Both the position numbers and the translations under genes were made by a program. A stretch of 64,000 bases of DNA, from contig JAYPOZ010000005.1 in assembly GCA_038131165.1 (NCBI GenBank), positions 14,114 to 78,113 on the forward strand, written 5' to 3'. Source of the DNA: Rickettsiales bacterium (GTDB lineage Bacteria; Pseudomonadota; Alphaproteobacteria; UBA8366). Below are positions 28,498 to 39,172 of the stretch, one piece after another. The notes below the pieces were generated by a model that did no database searches, was not told the DNA's origin, and saw only the letters and a list, made by a program, of their open reading frames with translations. The first letter of the stretch is position 1; every line of letters starts with the position of its first letter.

Positions 28498-29817
28498 ATG
28501 GCGAAGCGCAAATTTCATCTGGCGCAATTTCTGGTGCACGGGCCGAGCTACCACAGCCTCGGCATGTGGCGGCACCCGAAGACCGAGTTCACGCGGGAGA
28601 ATTGGGCCCGGCCGGAGCTCTATCAGCATATCGCGCGGACCTGCGAGCGCGGTCTCTTCGACATGGTGTTCTTCGCCGACCTGAATTACATCTCCGATAC
28701 GTTTCGCGGCACGCTGGAGCCGGCCCTGCGCTATGCGGCCCAGGCGCCGGAGCACGATCCGATCCCGTTGCTCGGCTGGATGGCGGCGGTCACCAAGCAT
28801 ATCGGCCTCGGCGCCACCTTCTCGACCAGCAACCAGCACCCGTTCTATGCGGCGCGGCTGTGGGCGACCCTCGATCATCTGACCAACGGGCGGGCCGCGT
28901 GGAACGTGGTGACCTCGATCAACCGCAACCAGCAGGCCAATTACGGGACCGAGCGCGCGGATGCCGATACCCGCTACGATCAGGCGCACGAATATATGGA
29001 GGTCTGCCGCAAACTCTGGGACAGCTGGGAGGAGGACGCGGTCGTGCTCGACAAGGAGGGTGCCGTTTTCGCGGATGCCTCGAAGGTCCATCGCATCGAG
29101 CATGAGGGCCGCTTCTTCAAGTCGCGCGGGCCTCTCAACGTCGTCCGATCGCCGCAGAACGGCCCCGCCATTCTGCAGGCCGGCACCTCGCCGAAAGGCA
29201 TGGATTTCGCGGCGAAATACGCGGACGGGATTTTCGCGATCCAGCCGCGCGCCGAGAACGCGAAGGAATACTTCGAGGCCGTGAAGGGCCGCATGGATCA
29301 GTTCGGGCGGCCTCCCAGCCACTGCCGCATTCTGTTCGGCGCCCAGCCGATCATCGGCGAGAGCGAGGCGGAGGCCCGCGAGAGGCAGGAAGAGCACAAC
29401 GCGCTGGTGCCGCTCGACGCGGGGCTCACGATCCTGTCGGCGCATCTCGATTTCGATCTCTCGCAGATTCCGCTCGACGCCGATATGACGGCGCGGCCGG
29501 AGCCGGAACTCCACCGCATGCGGACCCGCTTCCTGCGGCCCGACGGCTCCGGCATGACCCTGCGCGAGGTCGCCCTCCGCCACGGGCAAGGCGTCGGCCT
29601 GCCGCAGTTCGTCGGCACGGTGCAGAGCGTCGCCGACCAGATGGAAGCCTTCATGGAGACGGTCGGCGGCGACGGATTTATGCTGACGCCGATCCACTCG
29701 CCCGGCGCCATCGACGCCTTCGTCGATCTGATGGTGCCGGAATTCCAGCGCCGCGGCCTCTACCGCACGGCCTATAAGGGCCGGACGCAGCGGGAATTGC
29801 TGCGCCAGGAGGATTAG
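28498..29817 (+). CDS. NtaA/DszA/DmoA family FMN-dependent monooxygenase
   Basis: GMWRHP, FDMVFFAD, TLDHLTNGRAAWNVVTS, LQAGTSPKG, VPEFQRRG. Confidence 0.9.
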   Translation: MAKRKFHLAQFLVHGPSYHSLGMWRHPKTEFTRENWARPELYQHIARTCERGLFDMVFFADLNYISDTFRGTLEPALRYAAQAPEHDPIPLLGWMAAVTKHIGLGATFSTSNQHPFYAARLWATLDHLTNGRAAWNVVTSINRNQQANYGTERADADTRYDQAHEYMEVCRKLWDSWEEDAVVLDKEGAVFADASKVHRIEHEGRFFKSRGPLNVVRSPQNGPAILQAGTSPKGMDFAAKYADGIFAIQPRAENAKEYFEAVKGRMDQFGRPPSHCRILFGAQPIIGESEAEARERQEEHNALVPLDAGLTILSAHLDFDLSQIPLDADMTARPEPELHRMRTRFLRPDGSGMTLREVALRHGQGVGLPQFVGTVQSVADQMEAFMETVGGDGFMLTPIHSPGAIDAFVDLMVPEFQRRGLYRTAYKGRTQRELLRQED

Positions 29818-29903
29818 AATCCGGCCGCGGCGAGGCATCTCTTGCCCGGTCTCCGCCGAGGGCATACGGTTCCGGGGCCCACTGTTTAACCCAAAATTCT
29901 CCC

Positions 29904-30872
29904 ATGCCGCCTGACAGCAAGATGCTCTACCTCACCCGCGCCGACGTGGAGGCGCTCGCCATCACGGCGGTCGATACGGTGGCGCAGATCGAGCATCTCT
30001 GCCGGGAGCGCGATGCGTCGCGCGTCCTGAATGCACCGAAGAGCCTGGTTCGACCCGTGCCGGACGTGCTGTTCATGTCGACGCTGGCCGCTTCCGAGGA
30101 CCCGCCCTACATGGCGGTGAAGGCGCTCGGCGTGAACGCGGCGAACGCGGCGCGCGGCATGGATACGATCGGCTCGACGATCACTCTCTTCGACCGTGCC
30201 ACGGCCTATCCGATTGCGATCATGGACGGGTCGTGGATCACCGAGGTGCGGACCGCGGCGCTCAGTGCCGTCGCGGCGAAACATTTCGCGCGCCCGGACT
30301 CCGAATCGATCGCCTTTATCGGCAGCGGCGCGCAGGCCCGCAGCCATCTCGAAGCGTTCCTCGACCTGTTTCCGCTGCGGTCCGTCCGCGTCTTCGGCCG
30401 CGGCGAGCCGAACCGCATGGCGCTGTGCCGCAAAGCGGAGGACCTTGGTCTCCACGCCACCGATTACGGTGACCCGCGCGACGCCGTCGAGGGCGCGGAT
30501 ATCGTTGTTTCCTCCGTCCCGCTCTCAAGCGGGCTGGAGCCGTTTCTGGAGACCGCCTGGGTCAAGCCCGGCGCCTACGTGAACCTGGTCGACCTGGCCC
30601 GGACCTGGCGGCAGGAGACGCTGGTTCAATTCGACCGTATCGTCATCGAGGACGCGGCGCAGGAGGCGGCGATGGCGGATCGGATGATCCCGGAATCCCT
30701 CATCGGCGACGATCTGCTGGATCTCGTGACGGGGCGCATCCGCGGCCGGACGAATGCGCGCGAGCGCATCGCCTTTATCTTCCGGGGCCTCGCGATCGGC
30801 GATCTGGCCCTGGCGATCCTCGCCTACGAACGGGCCCTGCAAGCCGGCACCGGTACCTATTTGCCGCGCTAG
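29904..30872 (+). CDS. ornithine cyclodeaminase/mu-crystallin family protein
   Basis: ITEVRTAALS, FIGSGAQARSH, GLAIGDLA. Confidence 0.88.
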   Translation: MPPDSKMLYLTRADVEALAITAVDTVAQIEHLCRERDASRVLNAPKSLVRPVPDVLFMSTLAASEDPPYMAVKALGVNAANAARGMDTIGSTITLFDRATAYPIAIMDGSWITEVRTAALSAVAAKHFARPDSESIAFIGSGAQARSHLEAFLDLFPLRSVRVFGRGEPNRMALCRKAEDLGLHATDYGDPRDAVEGADIVVSSVPLSSGLEPFLETAWVKPGAYVNLVDLARTWRQETLVQFDRIVIEDAAQEAAMADRMIPESLIGDDLLDLVTGRIRGRTNARERIAFIFRGLAIGDLALAILAYERALQAGTGTYLPR

Positions 30873-31000
30873 GCGGCGGCAGCCGTGGATCGCGGCGGAT
30901 AAACCCGTAATTTCAGCTTGAAGTGCGCCACGATGGCGCAAGATCGTTGGTAACGCAGACCCCATACGCGCCGCCGCCGCGCGGCGACAGGAGCCAGATC

Positions 31001-31552
31001 ATGCCGCGATTGCCGATCCCTTCCGATACCGATGAGTTTGCCGAGGAAACCCGCGCCGCCGTGCGCCATATCCAGGAGACGCGGGGCAGCATGCCGCCGC
31101 CGAGCAGCTACATGACCTATGCCGGACAGGCGGGCGCGAGGCTCTCCGATCTCGTCGAGCATCTCCGCTATCATACCACGTTGAGCGACGCGGAGACGGA
31201 ACTGGCGATCTGCACCGCCGCGCGGGCGGCGGGCGCCGACTATATCTGGAACGCGCATGTCCGGCTGGGCCTGAAGGCCGGCACCCGCGAGGAAGCGATC
31301 CATGCGGTCGATACCTACGCGCCGCTCGACGGGTTGACGGCCGACGAGGCGCTGATCGTCGGTTTCGGGCGCGAGTTGCTGGAATCGCCGAAAGTCAGCG
31401 ACGCGACCTTCGAGGCCGTGCGGGCGCGCTACGGCGAAAAGGGCCTGATGGAACTCACCGCGCTGATGAGCGTCTATATGATGAACGCCTCCATCCTGCG
31501 GGTGATGGACCATCAGGCGGCGCCCGACGCGCGGCATTTGACGCCGCGCTAA
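31001..31552 (+). CDS. carboxymuconolactone decarboxylase/AhpD-like protein
   Basis: MPRLP start after AGGAG; ELAICTAAR...YIWNAH, VSDATF, LMELT. Confidence 0.78.
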   Translation: MPRLPIPSDTDEFAEETRAAVRHIQETRGSMPPPSSYMTYAGQAGARLSDLVEHLRYHTTLSDAETELAICTAARAAGADYIWNAHVRLGLKAGTREEAIHAVDTYAPLDGLTADEALIVGFGRELLESPKVSDATFEAVRARYGEKGLMELTALMSVYMMNASILRVMDHQAAPDARHLTPR

Positions 31553-31565
31553 AGCCCCCTCGGGC

Positions 31566-32315
31566 CTAAGCCGCGGGTTCGTTCGCCTCAAGAAACATCC
31601 GGATATGCCGCACGGCGAGCCGGATTTTCTGCTCGTTCTCCTTCCAGGGGTAAAGGCTTACCTGCGCGTTCGGCGCCAGCAGCGCCGTTTCCATCGCCGT
31701 CGCATAGGGATGGGCCGGGATGTCGTCCGGCAGCACAAGGACCGGCGTCTCGCAGGCGCGCACGAAATCGCGGGTGACCGTGAAGACGAAATCCGCCTTG
31801 GCCGTATACATGTTGTTGAGAAACTGGGAGATCATCTCCATCGTTACGTCGTCGCGGCGCTTGCAGAATTGGGGGCCCCAAGCGGCGATGTTGTTCTCGT
31901 AGAACTGATTGGGCCGGTCCGAGCGGTGGCCGCTGGGGTGGACCAGCGTGGCGGCGACGACCCGGTCCGGCGCCCGGCGCATCAGGTTCCAGATCAAGGG
32001 CCCGCCGATGCAGAATCCCATGACCAGAAATTTGTCGATGCCGAGATGGTCCATGAGGGCAATCTGATCGTCGGCAAAGGAATCCCACGTCCGTTCGATG
32101 TCGAGCGGTCCTTCCGACGCGCCGCCGGTGGCGTTGCGCAGATCAAGGGCGATGCAGCGGAACCGGTCGCTGAACTCCTCCAGCGGATTGAAGGCGTGGC
32201 CGGCAAGGCCGGCGATGGTGGCGTTCAGGCCGCCGCCCGGAATGACCAGCAGCGGGAAGCCGGACCCGGCTTCCTCGTAATTGATCTTGATATCGCCGTT
32301 TTCGAGAATTGGCAT
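31566..32315 (-). CDS. alpha/beta hydrolase with Cys nucleophile motif
   Basis: PGGG oxyanion loop, GFCIGG elbow. Confidence 0.82.
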   Translation of the reverse strand: MPILENGDIKINYEEAGSGFPLLVIPGGGLNATIAGLAGHAFNPLEEFSDRFRCIALDLRNATGGASEGPLDIERTWDSFADDQIALMDHLGIDKFLVMGFCIGGPLIWNLMRRAPDRVVAATLVHPSGHRSDRPNQFYENNIAAWGPQFCKRRDDVTMEMISQFLNNMYTAKADFVFTVTRDFVRACETPVLVLPDDIPAHPYATAMETALLAPNAQVSLYPWKENEQKIRLAVRHIRMFLEANEPAA

Positions 32316-32328
32316 CGTGGCTCTCCCT

Positions 32329-33225
32329 TTAGTCGCGGGTTTTGGGCAGTTGGAAATCGGCCGCCCGCTCGATCAGTTTAACGATCTCGCTGAAATCGCC
32401 GCCGCGCAAGCCCATCGCCAGGCCTTGTTGCAGCGTTTGATAGGTTGCGCTGGCGACGTTCTGCGGCACTTCCAGCCGTTCCGATTCCATGCGCCACAGC
32501 ATCGCGTCCTTGGCGATGATGTGCATGGGCGCCTCCATGTTGAAATCGCGCTTGAGGACGAAGTTCGGAATTTTGGAAAGCGTCGCGCTGTTCTGCCCCG
32601 AGCCGGAATTGATCACGGCGAGCACTTTCTCCGGATCGACGCCGCCCTTTGCCGCCATCACCATGGCTTCCAGGCCGATCATCATGTTGGTGAACGACAT
32701 GATGTTGTTGCAGATCTTCGTGATCTGCGCCTGCCCGACCTTGTCGCCGACATAGTGAATGTCGCGCGCGAAGGACTTAAGCATCGGCTCCACCTGATCG
32801 TAGACCGCCTGCGGCCCCGAGGTGACGACGGTTATGTCGCCCGCATAGGCGCGCTGCACGCCGCCGGTGATCGGTGAATCGAGCACGGGAATCCCCTTGG
32901 CGGCGAGCGCGGATTCGATCTCCGCAAGCGCCTCCGTTCCCATCGTGCCGAGATTGACGAAGGTCTTTATCTGGCTACCGTGGATGATGCCTTCGTCGCC
33001 GGTGACGATGGTACGGAACGTCTCGATGCTCGGCATGCAGGCGAAAACGATGTCGGATTCGTTCGCGACCTCGACCGGAGAGGCGACGATCCGGGCCTGC
33101 CGTTCGGCGAGCGGCGCCGTGGCTTCCGGATTGATGTCGTAGGCGACAAGCGCCTTCTCCTGGTCCAACAAATTGGAGGCGAGGGGGAAGCCGATGCTTC
33201 CGGTGCCGATGAAACCCGCTTTCAT
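32329..33225 (-). CDS. NAD(P)-dependent beta-hydroxyacid dehydrogenase (3-hydroxyisobutyrate/tartronate semialdehyde family)
   Basis: GFIGTGSIG, DSPITGG, KICNN, KD motif. Confidence 0.88.
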   Translation of the reverse strand: MKAGFIGTGSIGFPLASNLLDQEKALVAYDINPEATAPLAERQARIVASPVEVANESDIVFACMPSIETFRTIVTGDEGIIHGSQIKTFVNLGTMGTEALAEIESALAAKGIPVLDSPITGGVQRAYAGDITVVTSGPQAVYDQVEPMLKSFARDIHYVGDKVGQAQITKICNNIMSFTNMMIGLEAMVMAAKGGVDPEKVLAVINSGSGQNSATLSKIPNFVLKRDFNMEAPMHIIAKDAMLWRMESERLEVPQNVASATYQTLQQGLAMGLRGGDFSEIVKLIERAADFQLPKTRD

Positions 33226-33293
33226 GCTGCTATCTCCCGATATGCGTTAAGTCCGTTGTGACAGAGATTAGCCCGCCGGGCCGGGATCGGTAG

Positions 33294-34205
33294 TTAGCCC
33301 CGTGCGGCCTGACGCACCAAACGGACGAAATTGTTCGCCGCGGTGGTCGGGTTCAGGGCGCGACAGGCGAGATGCAGCGGGGCAATCAGGTTGGTGCTCC
33401 GCTTCAGGCGCCGGTAGGCGATGCCGCGTAGCTGCAACTCGCCGAGCGAAGCCGGGACCAGCGAGATTCCGAGCCCGGCCGCGACCAGATTTAGGGTCGA
33501 GACGATGCGGGGGGCTTCCTGCTCGATGCGCGGATTGAAGCCGGCGCGGTGGCAGGCGGCGATGATGCCGTCGTATAGTCCCGGACCTTCCGGACGGCGG
33601 TAGAGCACGAAGGCTTCTTCCGCGAAGGCTTCCAGGCCGAGCGGGCGGCTTTTCTCGCCGGTCGCAAGCGGGGCATAGCGGTGCCCGGAGGGCAGCGCGG
33701 CCAGCATCTCCTCCTCGAACAATTCGTGGACCGCCAATCCTTGGCGGTTGGCGACCGGAGAGCGGATGAAGGCGGCGTCCATCTCTTCGCTCTGAATGGC
33801 GGCGACCAGCGCGTTGGTGCCGGCTTCCTCGAGCTTCAGGGAGACGCCGGGATGGCTCTCGCGGAACTGCCGGATGACGCCGGGCAGGAAGGGGTGGAAA
33901 GGCGCCGAACTGGTGAAGCCGACGACGATGGCGCCCTGTTGGCCGCGGGCCGTTCGGTGCACCTTGGCGACCGCGCGTTCCATCTGCGCCATGATCGCCC
34001 GGGCGTCCGGCAGCAGGCTCTCTCCGGCATCCGTCAGCTCGACCCCGCGCGGCAGGCGGCGGAACAGCCTGACGTCGAGCTCGTCCTCCAGCGCCTTGAT
34101 CTGCTGGCTCAGCGGCGGCTGCTGGATGCCGAGCTTCTCGGCGGCGCGGGTGATATGCTTCTCCTCGGCGACCGCGAGGAAATAGCGGAGGTGTCGTATA
34201 TCCAT
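33294..34205 (-). CDS. LysR family transcriptional regulator (BenM/HcaR-like)
   Basis: LRYFLAVAEEKHITRAAEKLGIQQPPLSQQIKALE HTH; LVAAGLGISLVP. Confidence 0.94.
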   Translation of the reverse strand: MDIRHLRYFLAVAEEKHITRAAEKLGIQQPPLSQQIKALEDELDVRLFRRLPRGVELTDAGESLLPDARAIMAQMERAVAKVHRTARGQQGAIVVGFTSSAPFHPFLPGVIRQFRESHPGVSLKLEEAGTNALVAAIQSEEMDAAFIRSPVANRQGLAVHELFEEEMLAALPSGHRYAPLATGEKSRPLGLEAFAEEAFVLYRRPEGPGLYDGIIAACHRAGFNPRIEQEAPRIVSTLNLVAAGLGISLVPASLGELQLRGIAYRRLKRSTNLIAPLHLACRALNPTTAANNFVRLVRQAARG

Positions 34206-34207
34206 GA

Positions 34208-34257
34208 CATATAATTTATATATGAAAAATAGAAAAACCATATATTATAATTATGGT
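34208..34257. promoter_or_regulatory. AT-rich divergent promoter with LysR T-N11-A boxes
   Basis: CATATA-ATTTA-TATATG (34208-34224) and ACCATA-N9-TATGGT (34237-34257) inverted repeats between lysR and the aconitase gene. Confidence 0.65.
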
Positions 34258-34317
34258 CATTCCGGCTCTAGTGTTCCTCCCGCGACGACCCACGCAAACC
34301 ATCGGGAGACTCGGATC

Positions 34318-36597
34318 ATGGTACAAATCGAAGTCACGCCACAGGCGGCGAAGGCGCTTTATGACAGGATGGCGGCGAACATCGCCGCTGTCCGGGCCAG
34401 GGACGCTGGTCCGCTGACGCTTGCGGACAAGCTGCTCTATGGCCATTTGGACGATGCGGCTTCTCAGGAACTCGATCCGGGCCGCGCCACTCTGCGGCTG
34501 CGGCCCGACCGGGTGGTGTTTCAGGACGTGCTCGGCCAGAGCGGGATGCTGCAGTTCATGATGACCGGGCGCCACCGGGTCGCCGTGCCGACCAGCATCC
34601 ATTGCGATCATCTGATCGAAGCGCGGCAGACGGCAGGCCCGGACCTGGCGCAGTCGCTGGACGAGAACCGTGAGGTCTACGATTTCCTGCGGTCCGCCGC
34701 CGCGAAATACGGCGCCGGGTTCTGGGCGCCGGGGGCCGGGATCATCCACCAAGTGGTGCTGGAGAACTACGCTTATCCCGGCACGATGATCATCGGCACC
34801 GATTCCCATACGCCGAATGGGGGCGGTCTCTGGGCCTGCGACGTCGGCGTCGGCGGCGCCGATGCGACCGAGGTGATCGCCGGCCTGCACTGGGAGCTTC
34901 TGCATCCCAGGCGGATCGCCGTCTATCTGACGGGCGCGCTCTCCGGCTGGACGGCGCCCAAGGATATCATTCTTTATGTGGCGGGTGCGCTCGGCGTCTC
35001 CGGCGGCACCAATGCGATCGTGGAATATATCGGCCCCGGCGCGCGGACCATCAGCGCCACGGGCAAGGCGACCATCGCCAATATGGGGGCGGAACTGGGA
35101 GCCACGACGTCGGTCTTCCCCTACGACCCGAAGATGGCGGCCTATCTGGAGGCGACGGGCCGGAGCGGCTTGGTGCCGCTGGCCGATGCCGCGCGCGATC
35201 TGTTGGCGCCCGACGCGGAGGCCGAGGCCGACCCCGATGCCTATTACGACCGGGTCGTGCGTCTCGATCTGTCGGCGCTGGAGCCGCATGTCGTCGGGCC
35301 GCACACGCCGGATCGGGCGCGGCCGATCTCGGCGCTGAAGGCTGAAATCCGGGATTCGGCGAACGGCTTTCCCGAGACCCTCAGCAGCGTGTTGATCGGC
35401 AGTTGCACCAATTCGTCATACGAGGATATGAGCCGCGCCGCCGACGTTGCGGCGCAGGCGGCCGCGCGGGGGGCGGCGAGCGCGGTGCCTTTCATGGTGA
35501 CGCCGGGCTCGGAGCAGGTGCGCGCGACGATCGAACGCGACGGTCAGATGGCGGCGCTGGAAGCGGTGGGCGCCGCTGTGCTGGCGAATGCCTGCGGTCC
35601 CTGCATCGGGCAATGGCGCCGCCGCGATCCCGCGGCCGAGAAACCGAATGCGATCGTGACGTCCTATAATCGAAACTTTCCGCAACGCAACGACGGGCGC
35701 GCGACGACGTTGAACTTCATCGCCAGTCCGGAACTGGCGACGGCCATGGCGCTTGCGGGGCGGCTGGACTTCAACCCATTGACCGACGCGCTGACCGCCG
35801 CCGACGGCTCGGCCTTTCGGCTGGCGCCGCCCGCCCCCGCGCCCGAGGTGCCGCCCGACGGATTCGAGCAAGGGCAAGCTTATTATCAGGCGCCGCCGGC
35901 GGACGGCAGCAAGATCGAGATTGCCATCGCCCCGGACAGCGAAAGGCTTCAGGCGCTGCAGCCTTGGTCCGCGTGGGATGGTGCCGATTTCCGCGATCTG
36001 CCGGTGCTCTTGAAGGCCAAGGGCAAGACGACGACGGACCAGATTTCGCCGGCCGGGCCCTGGCTGCGGTTGCGCGGCCATCTCGATCGGTTCAGCGACA
36101 ATATGTTCATGGGAGTCATCAACGCCTATACGGGCGAGCGCGGCGCGGGCCGCAACGTCCTGACCGTAAACGTCGCCGGTTTCTCCGATATCGCACGCGA
36201 CTACCAGCGGCGCGGGTTACGCTGGGTCGCCGTCGGCGACGGCAATTACGGGGAAGGCAGCAGCCGCGAGCATGCCGCATTGTCGCCGCGGCTGCTCGGC
36301 GCGGCCGCCGTCATCGCGCGCAGCTTCGCCCGCATCCACGAGACCAATCTGAAGAAACAGGGCGTGCTCGCGCTGACCTTCGCCGATCCCGCCGATTACG
36401 ACCGGCTGCGCGAGGACGACCGGATCAGCTTGCGGCATCTCGACGCCCTGGCGCCGGGAGAGCCGGTCGCCTGCGTACTGCGTCACAGCGACGGAGGGCA
36501 GGAGGCGATCTCGCTCCGGCACAGCTATACCGCTGCCCAGCTGGACTGGTTCCGCTGCGGCTCGGCACTCAACGTGCTGCGCGGCGGACCGGCTTAG
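34318..36597 (+). CDS. aconitate hydratase, mitochondrial/Bacteroidetes-type
   Basis: LRPDRV..QD, IHCDHLI, GIIHQ, GTDSHTPN, IGSCTNSSYED, ACGPCIGQW, SYNRNF..RNDG, NYGEGSSREHAA, FARIHETNLKKQG. Confidence 0.9.
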   Translation: MVQIEVTPQAAKALYDRMAANIAAVRARDAGPLTLADKLLYGHLDDAASQELDPGRATLRLRPDRVVFQDVLGQSGMLQFMMTGRHRVAVPTSIHCDHLIEARQTAGPDLAQSLDENREVYDFLRSAAAKYGAGFWAPGAGIIHQVVLENYAYPGTMIIGTDSHTPNGGGLWACDVGVGGADATEVIAGLHWELLHPRRIAVYLTGALSGWTAPKDIILYVAGALGVSGGTNAIVEYIGPGARTISATGKATIANMGAELGATTSVFPYDPKMAAYLEATGRSGLVPLADAARDLLAPDAEAEADPDAYYDRVVRLDLSALEPHVVGPHTPDRARPISALKAEIRDSANGFPETLSSVLIGSCTNSSYEDMSRAADVAAQAAARGAASAVPFMVTPGSEQVRATIERDGQMAALEAVGAAVLANACGPCIGQWRRRDPAAEKPNAIVTSYNRNFPQRNDGRATTLNFIASPELATAMALAGRLDFNPLTDALTAADGSAFRLAPPAPAPEVPPDGFEQGQAYYQAPPADGSKIEIAIAPDSERLQALQPWSAWDGADFRDLPVLLKAKGKTTTDQISPAGPWLRLRGHLDRFSDNMFMGVINAYTGERGAGRNVLTVNVAGFSDIARDYQRRGLRWVAVGDGNYGEGSSREHAALSPRLLGAAAVIARSFARIHETNLKKQGVLALTFADPADYDRLREDDRISLRHLDALAPGEPVACVLRHSDGGQEAISLRHSYTAAQLDWFRCGSALNVLRGGPA

Positions 36598-38030
36598 CAG
36601 GTCGGTGGTTGTGCGCCGACGTTCCGGCCGGCGACGGGAAGTTCGATCCAGAATGCCGTCTCGCTGCCGGACTCGCTGCGGAAGCCGATCCGGCCGCCCA
36701 TGAGCTCGGTCAATTGCTTCGAGATCGTCAGGCCGATTCCGCTCCCTTCGATGCTGCCGGATTCATGGCCGAGCCTGTTGAAGGCCTCGAAAATGTGGGG
36801 CTGCATTTCCTGGGGTATGCCCGTGCCGGTATCGGCGACATTGATTCGGAGCCTATCGTCCGCGCTCCGGGACGCGGAGAGCCGAACGGCGCCGTTGTCG
36901 ATGTTGTATTTGATGCCGTTCGAGATCAGGTTCAGGAGAATTTGGCGCAGATGCATCGGGTCCGCGCGACAGGCCGGCGCGAATTTTACGCTGTCTTCGA
37001 CGATCAGCCGGATATCCCGTTTTTCGGCGGCCGGCCGCGATTTGGCGATGCAATCCTCGACCATTTCCACCAGTGAGATGTCGACGATCTCGACCTTCAG
37101 TTTTCCGGACTCTATTCGCGACAAATCCAGGACTTGATTGATCAAGGCAAGAAGGTGGTCGCCATTGTCCAGGACCTGATTGATGTAGCGGAGGTGGGTT
37201 TCGCTCGGCGGATCGTCGGGATCGTCGGCAAGCAATTGACTGAAGCCGAGAATGGAATTCAGTGGCGTGCGCAGCTCGTGGCTCATCGACGAGAGGAATT
37301 CGGATTTGGCCCGACTTGCATTCTCGGCGCGATCGCGTTCGTTCGATATCTCCTCGACAAGCCTCAGATTCTCCAAGCCCAACCGCAAAACCGCGGTCGT
37401 CTGCATGTTTGCGTTGCGCCCGAACATGGCGAGGACGACGACATAGACAAGCATGCAAAGGGCCAGGATATAGAGAATCTCGTCCCGTTCGACGGCCAAC
37501 CGGATCATAAAAAGCAGGTTAAGCGGCAGCAGATAAGACAGATACGCGAGACGATAGACGGACAATCCCGCGATCGAGCCCGCCGACATTCCCGCGATCA
37601 CGAATACCGAGAGCGACACCGCACGCGTGTCGTCGAATGGCGTGGCCGCAATCAAGGCGGTGGACCAAATCAGCGATGAAGCCAGCGTGAGACCGATGAA
37701 ACCGAAGCGGTGCCGTCGCCGCGCTTCGTCGTTGGCGGGTTGCTCTGCGCCCAGGAATCGTTGGGCCATCCAATAGCGCAGAATGCTCAGCGGTATCATC
37801 GGGCTCAGCAGCCACACCGCGTCGAAGCGTCCGGAGATATAGGACATGGCGCTCGCGAATACGCACGCGACGGTAAGATTCGCCCAGATCAGACCTCTCT
37901 GGTTTTCCGCAAGCAACCGCAACCGGGCATTCTCGACGGCCGCGGACGACGGTGACGCATCCGACGCCTCGGCTGTGTGGCCCGGTGAAAGCCCCGTCTG
38001 ATCCAGACTATGGGAATCCGTGGAATCCAT
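36594..38030 (-). CDS. membrane-bound sensor histidine kinase
   Basis: About 6 N-terminal TM helices; FLSSMSHELRTPL, NLISNGIKYN, DTGTGI, GSGIGL; start uncertain (38030 or 38042). Confidence 0.9.
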   Translation of the reverse strand: MDSTDSHSLDQTGLSPGHTAEASDASPSSAAVENARLRLLAENQRGLIWANLTVACVFASAMSYISGRFDAVWLLSPMIPLSILRYWMAQRFLGAEQPANDEARRRHRFGFIGLTLASSLIWSTALIAATPFDDTRAVSLSVFVIAGMSAGSIAGLSVYRLAYLSYLLPLNLLFMIRLAVERDEILYILALCMLVYVVVLAMFGRNANMQTTAVLRLGLENLRLVEEISNERDRAENASRAKSEFLSSMSHELRTPLNSILGFSQLLADDPDDPPSETHLRYINQVLDNGDHLLALINQVLDLSRIESGKLKVEIVDISLVEMVEDCIAKSRPAAEKRDIRLIVEDSVKFAPACRADPMHLRQILLNLISNGIKYNIDNGAVRLSASRSADDRLRINVADTGTGIPQEMQPHIFEAFNRLGHESGSIEGSGIGLTISKQLTELMGGRIGFRSESGSETAFWIELPVAGRNVGAQPPTC

Positions 38031-38178
38031 TGTACCTGTCAATCGCGCCGCCTGCTCGGACCGAACTCTCTCCCGAGTCGGCTCTCGGGACGGGCGACTT
38101 CCGGTCTTCCCTGCGTCATGTTAGAGGAACCGAAACGGGCTGTCGAAAGGCGCTTTCGGATGAGGGGTCGGTCACGGC

Positions 38179-39171
38179 CTAGCGGCTGCCCCGGAGCGCG
38201 ATGTTGTCGAGCGGCTCGCCGCGCGCCAGATGATCGAGATTGCGCGGTACCGTCATCCAGCGGCGTTCCCGCGAGGCTTCGCTCCGCGAGCTGCAATGCG
38301 GGGTCATGATGACGTTGTCGAGTTCGTGGATCGGGAAGCGCGACGGCGGCCGTTCCGGGTCTTCCGGTGCCGGGTAGCCGTACCACACATCGAGGAAGGC
38401 CCCGCCGATCCGCTTCTCCGCGAGCGCGTTGTAGAGCGCTTCCTCGTCGATGACCGGCGCGCGGCCGACATTGATGATGGTCGCGCTGGTTTTCATCAGA
38501 TCGAACTTCGTCGCGTCGATCAGGCCGCGCGTCTCCGGCGCCGTCGGCAGCGTCATGAGGATGTAATCGCTCTCGCCGAGGAGCCGGTCGAGCTGGTCGA
38601 GACCGTCGAGCCGCTCCAGCGGCGGCGGCGCGCTCCGCGCGGTTCGGTTGACGGCGACGATGCGCATGCCGAAGGCGGCCGCGCGTTCGGCGGCGGCCTT
38701 CCCGATATGCCCGTAGCCAACGATGCCGAGGGTCTTGCCGCAAAGTTCGCCGTGGCTCGGACCGATGCCCGGCACGCGGCCCTGCCAGCCCTTCTCGCGG
38801 AACTCCCGGTCATAGGTCGAGAGGCCGATCTCCCGCTCCAGCATGCCGGCCAGAATGAACTCGGCGATGGCGACTTCGTGGCCATAGGCGTTGCAGACGG
38901 TGCACCCCTTCGGCAGGTCTTCGGGCCGCAGGAACTCGTAGCCGGTGAACGGCACCTGATAGAGGCGCAGCCGCGGCACTTCCGGCCACTCCCCCTTGAT
39001 GCGTCCGCCGACCATGGCGGCGGCCTCGACGATCAATTCCGCGAAACGCTCGAACGGTTCCGCCTCGCTCCAGGTGGTGATCCTCCAGTCGGTGGCGAGA
39101 TGTTCGGCGAGCCAGGCGGCGCGGGGCTCGGACATCTGTCCGGCGAGCAGGACGGTCGGCGCGTCGTTCAT
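38179..39171 (-). CDS. D-2-hydroxyacid dehydrogenase family protein
   Basis: GIVGYGHIG, INVGRAPVIDEEAL, LDVW, MTPH. Confidence 0.9.
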   Translation of the reverse strand: MNDAPTVLLAGQMSEPRAAWLAEHLATDWRITTWSEAEPFERFAELIVEAAAMVGGRIKGEWPEVPRLRLYQVPFTGYEFLRPEDLPKGCTVCNAYGHEVAIAEFILAGMLEREIGLSTYDREFREKGWQGRVPGIGPSHGELCGKTLGIVGYGHIGKAAAERAAAFGMRIVAVNRTARSAPPPLERLDGLDQLDRLLGESDYILMTLPTAPETRGLIDATKFDLMKTSATIINVGRAPVIDEEALYNALAEKRIGGAFLDVWYGYPAPEDPERPPSRFPIHELDNVIMTPHCSSRSEASRERRWMTVPRNLDHLARGEPLDNIALRGSR

Positions 39172-39172
39172 G

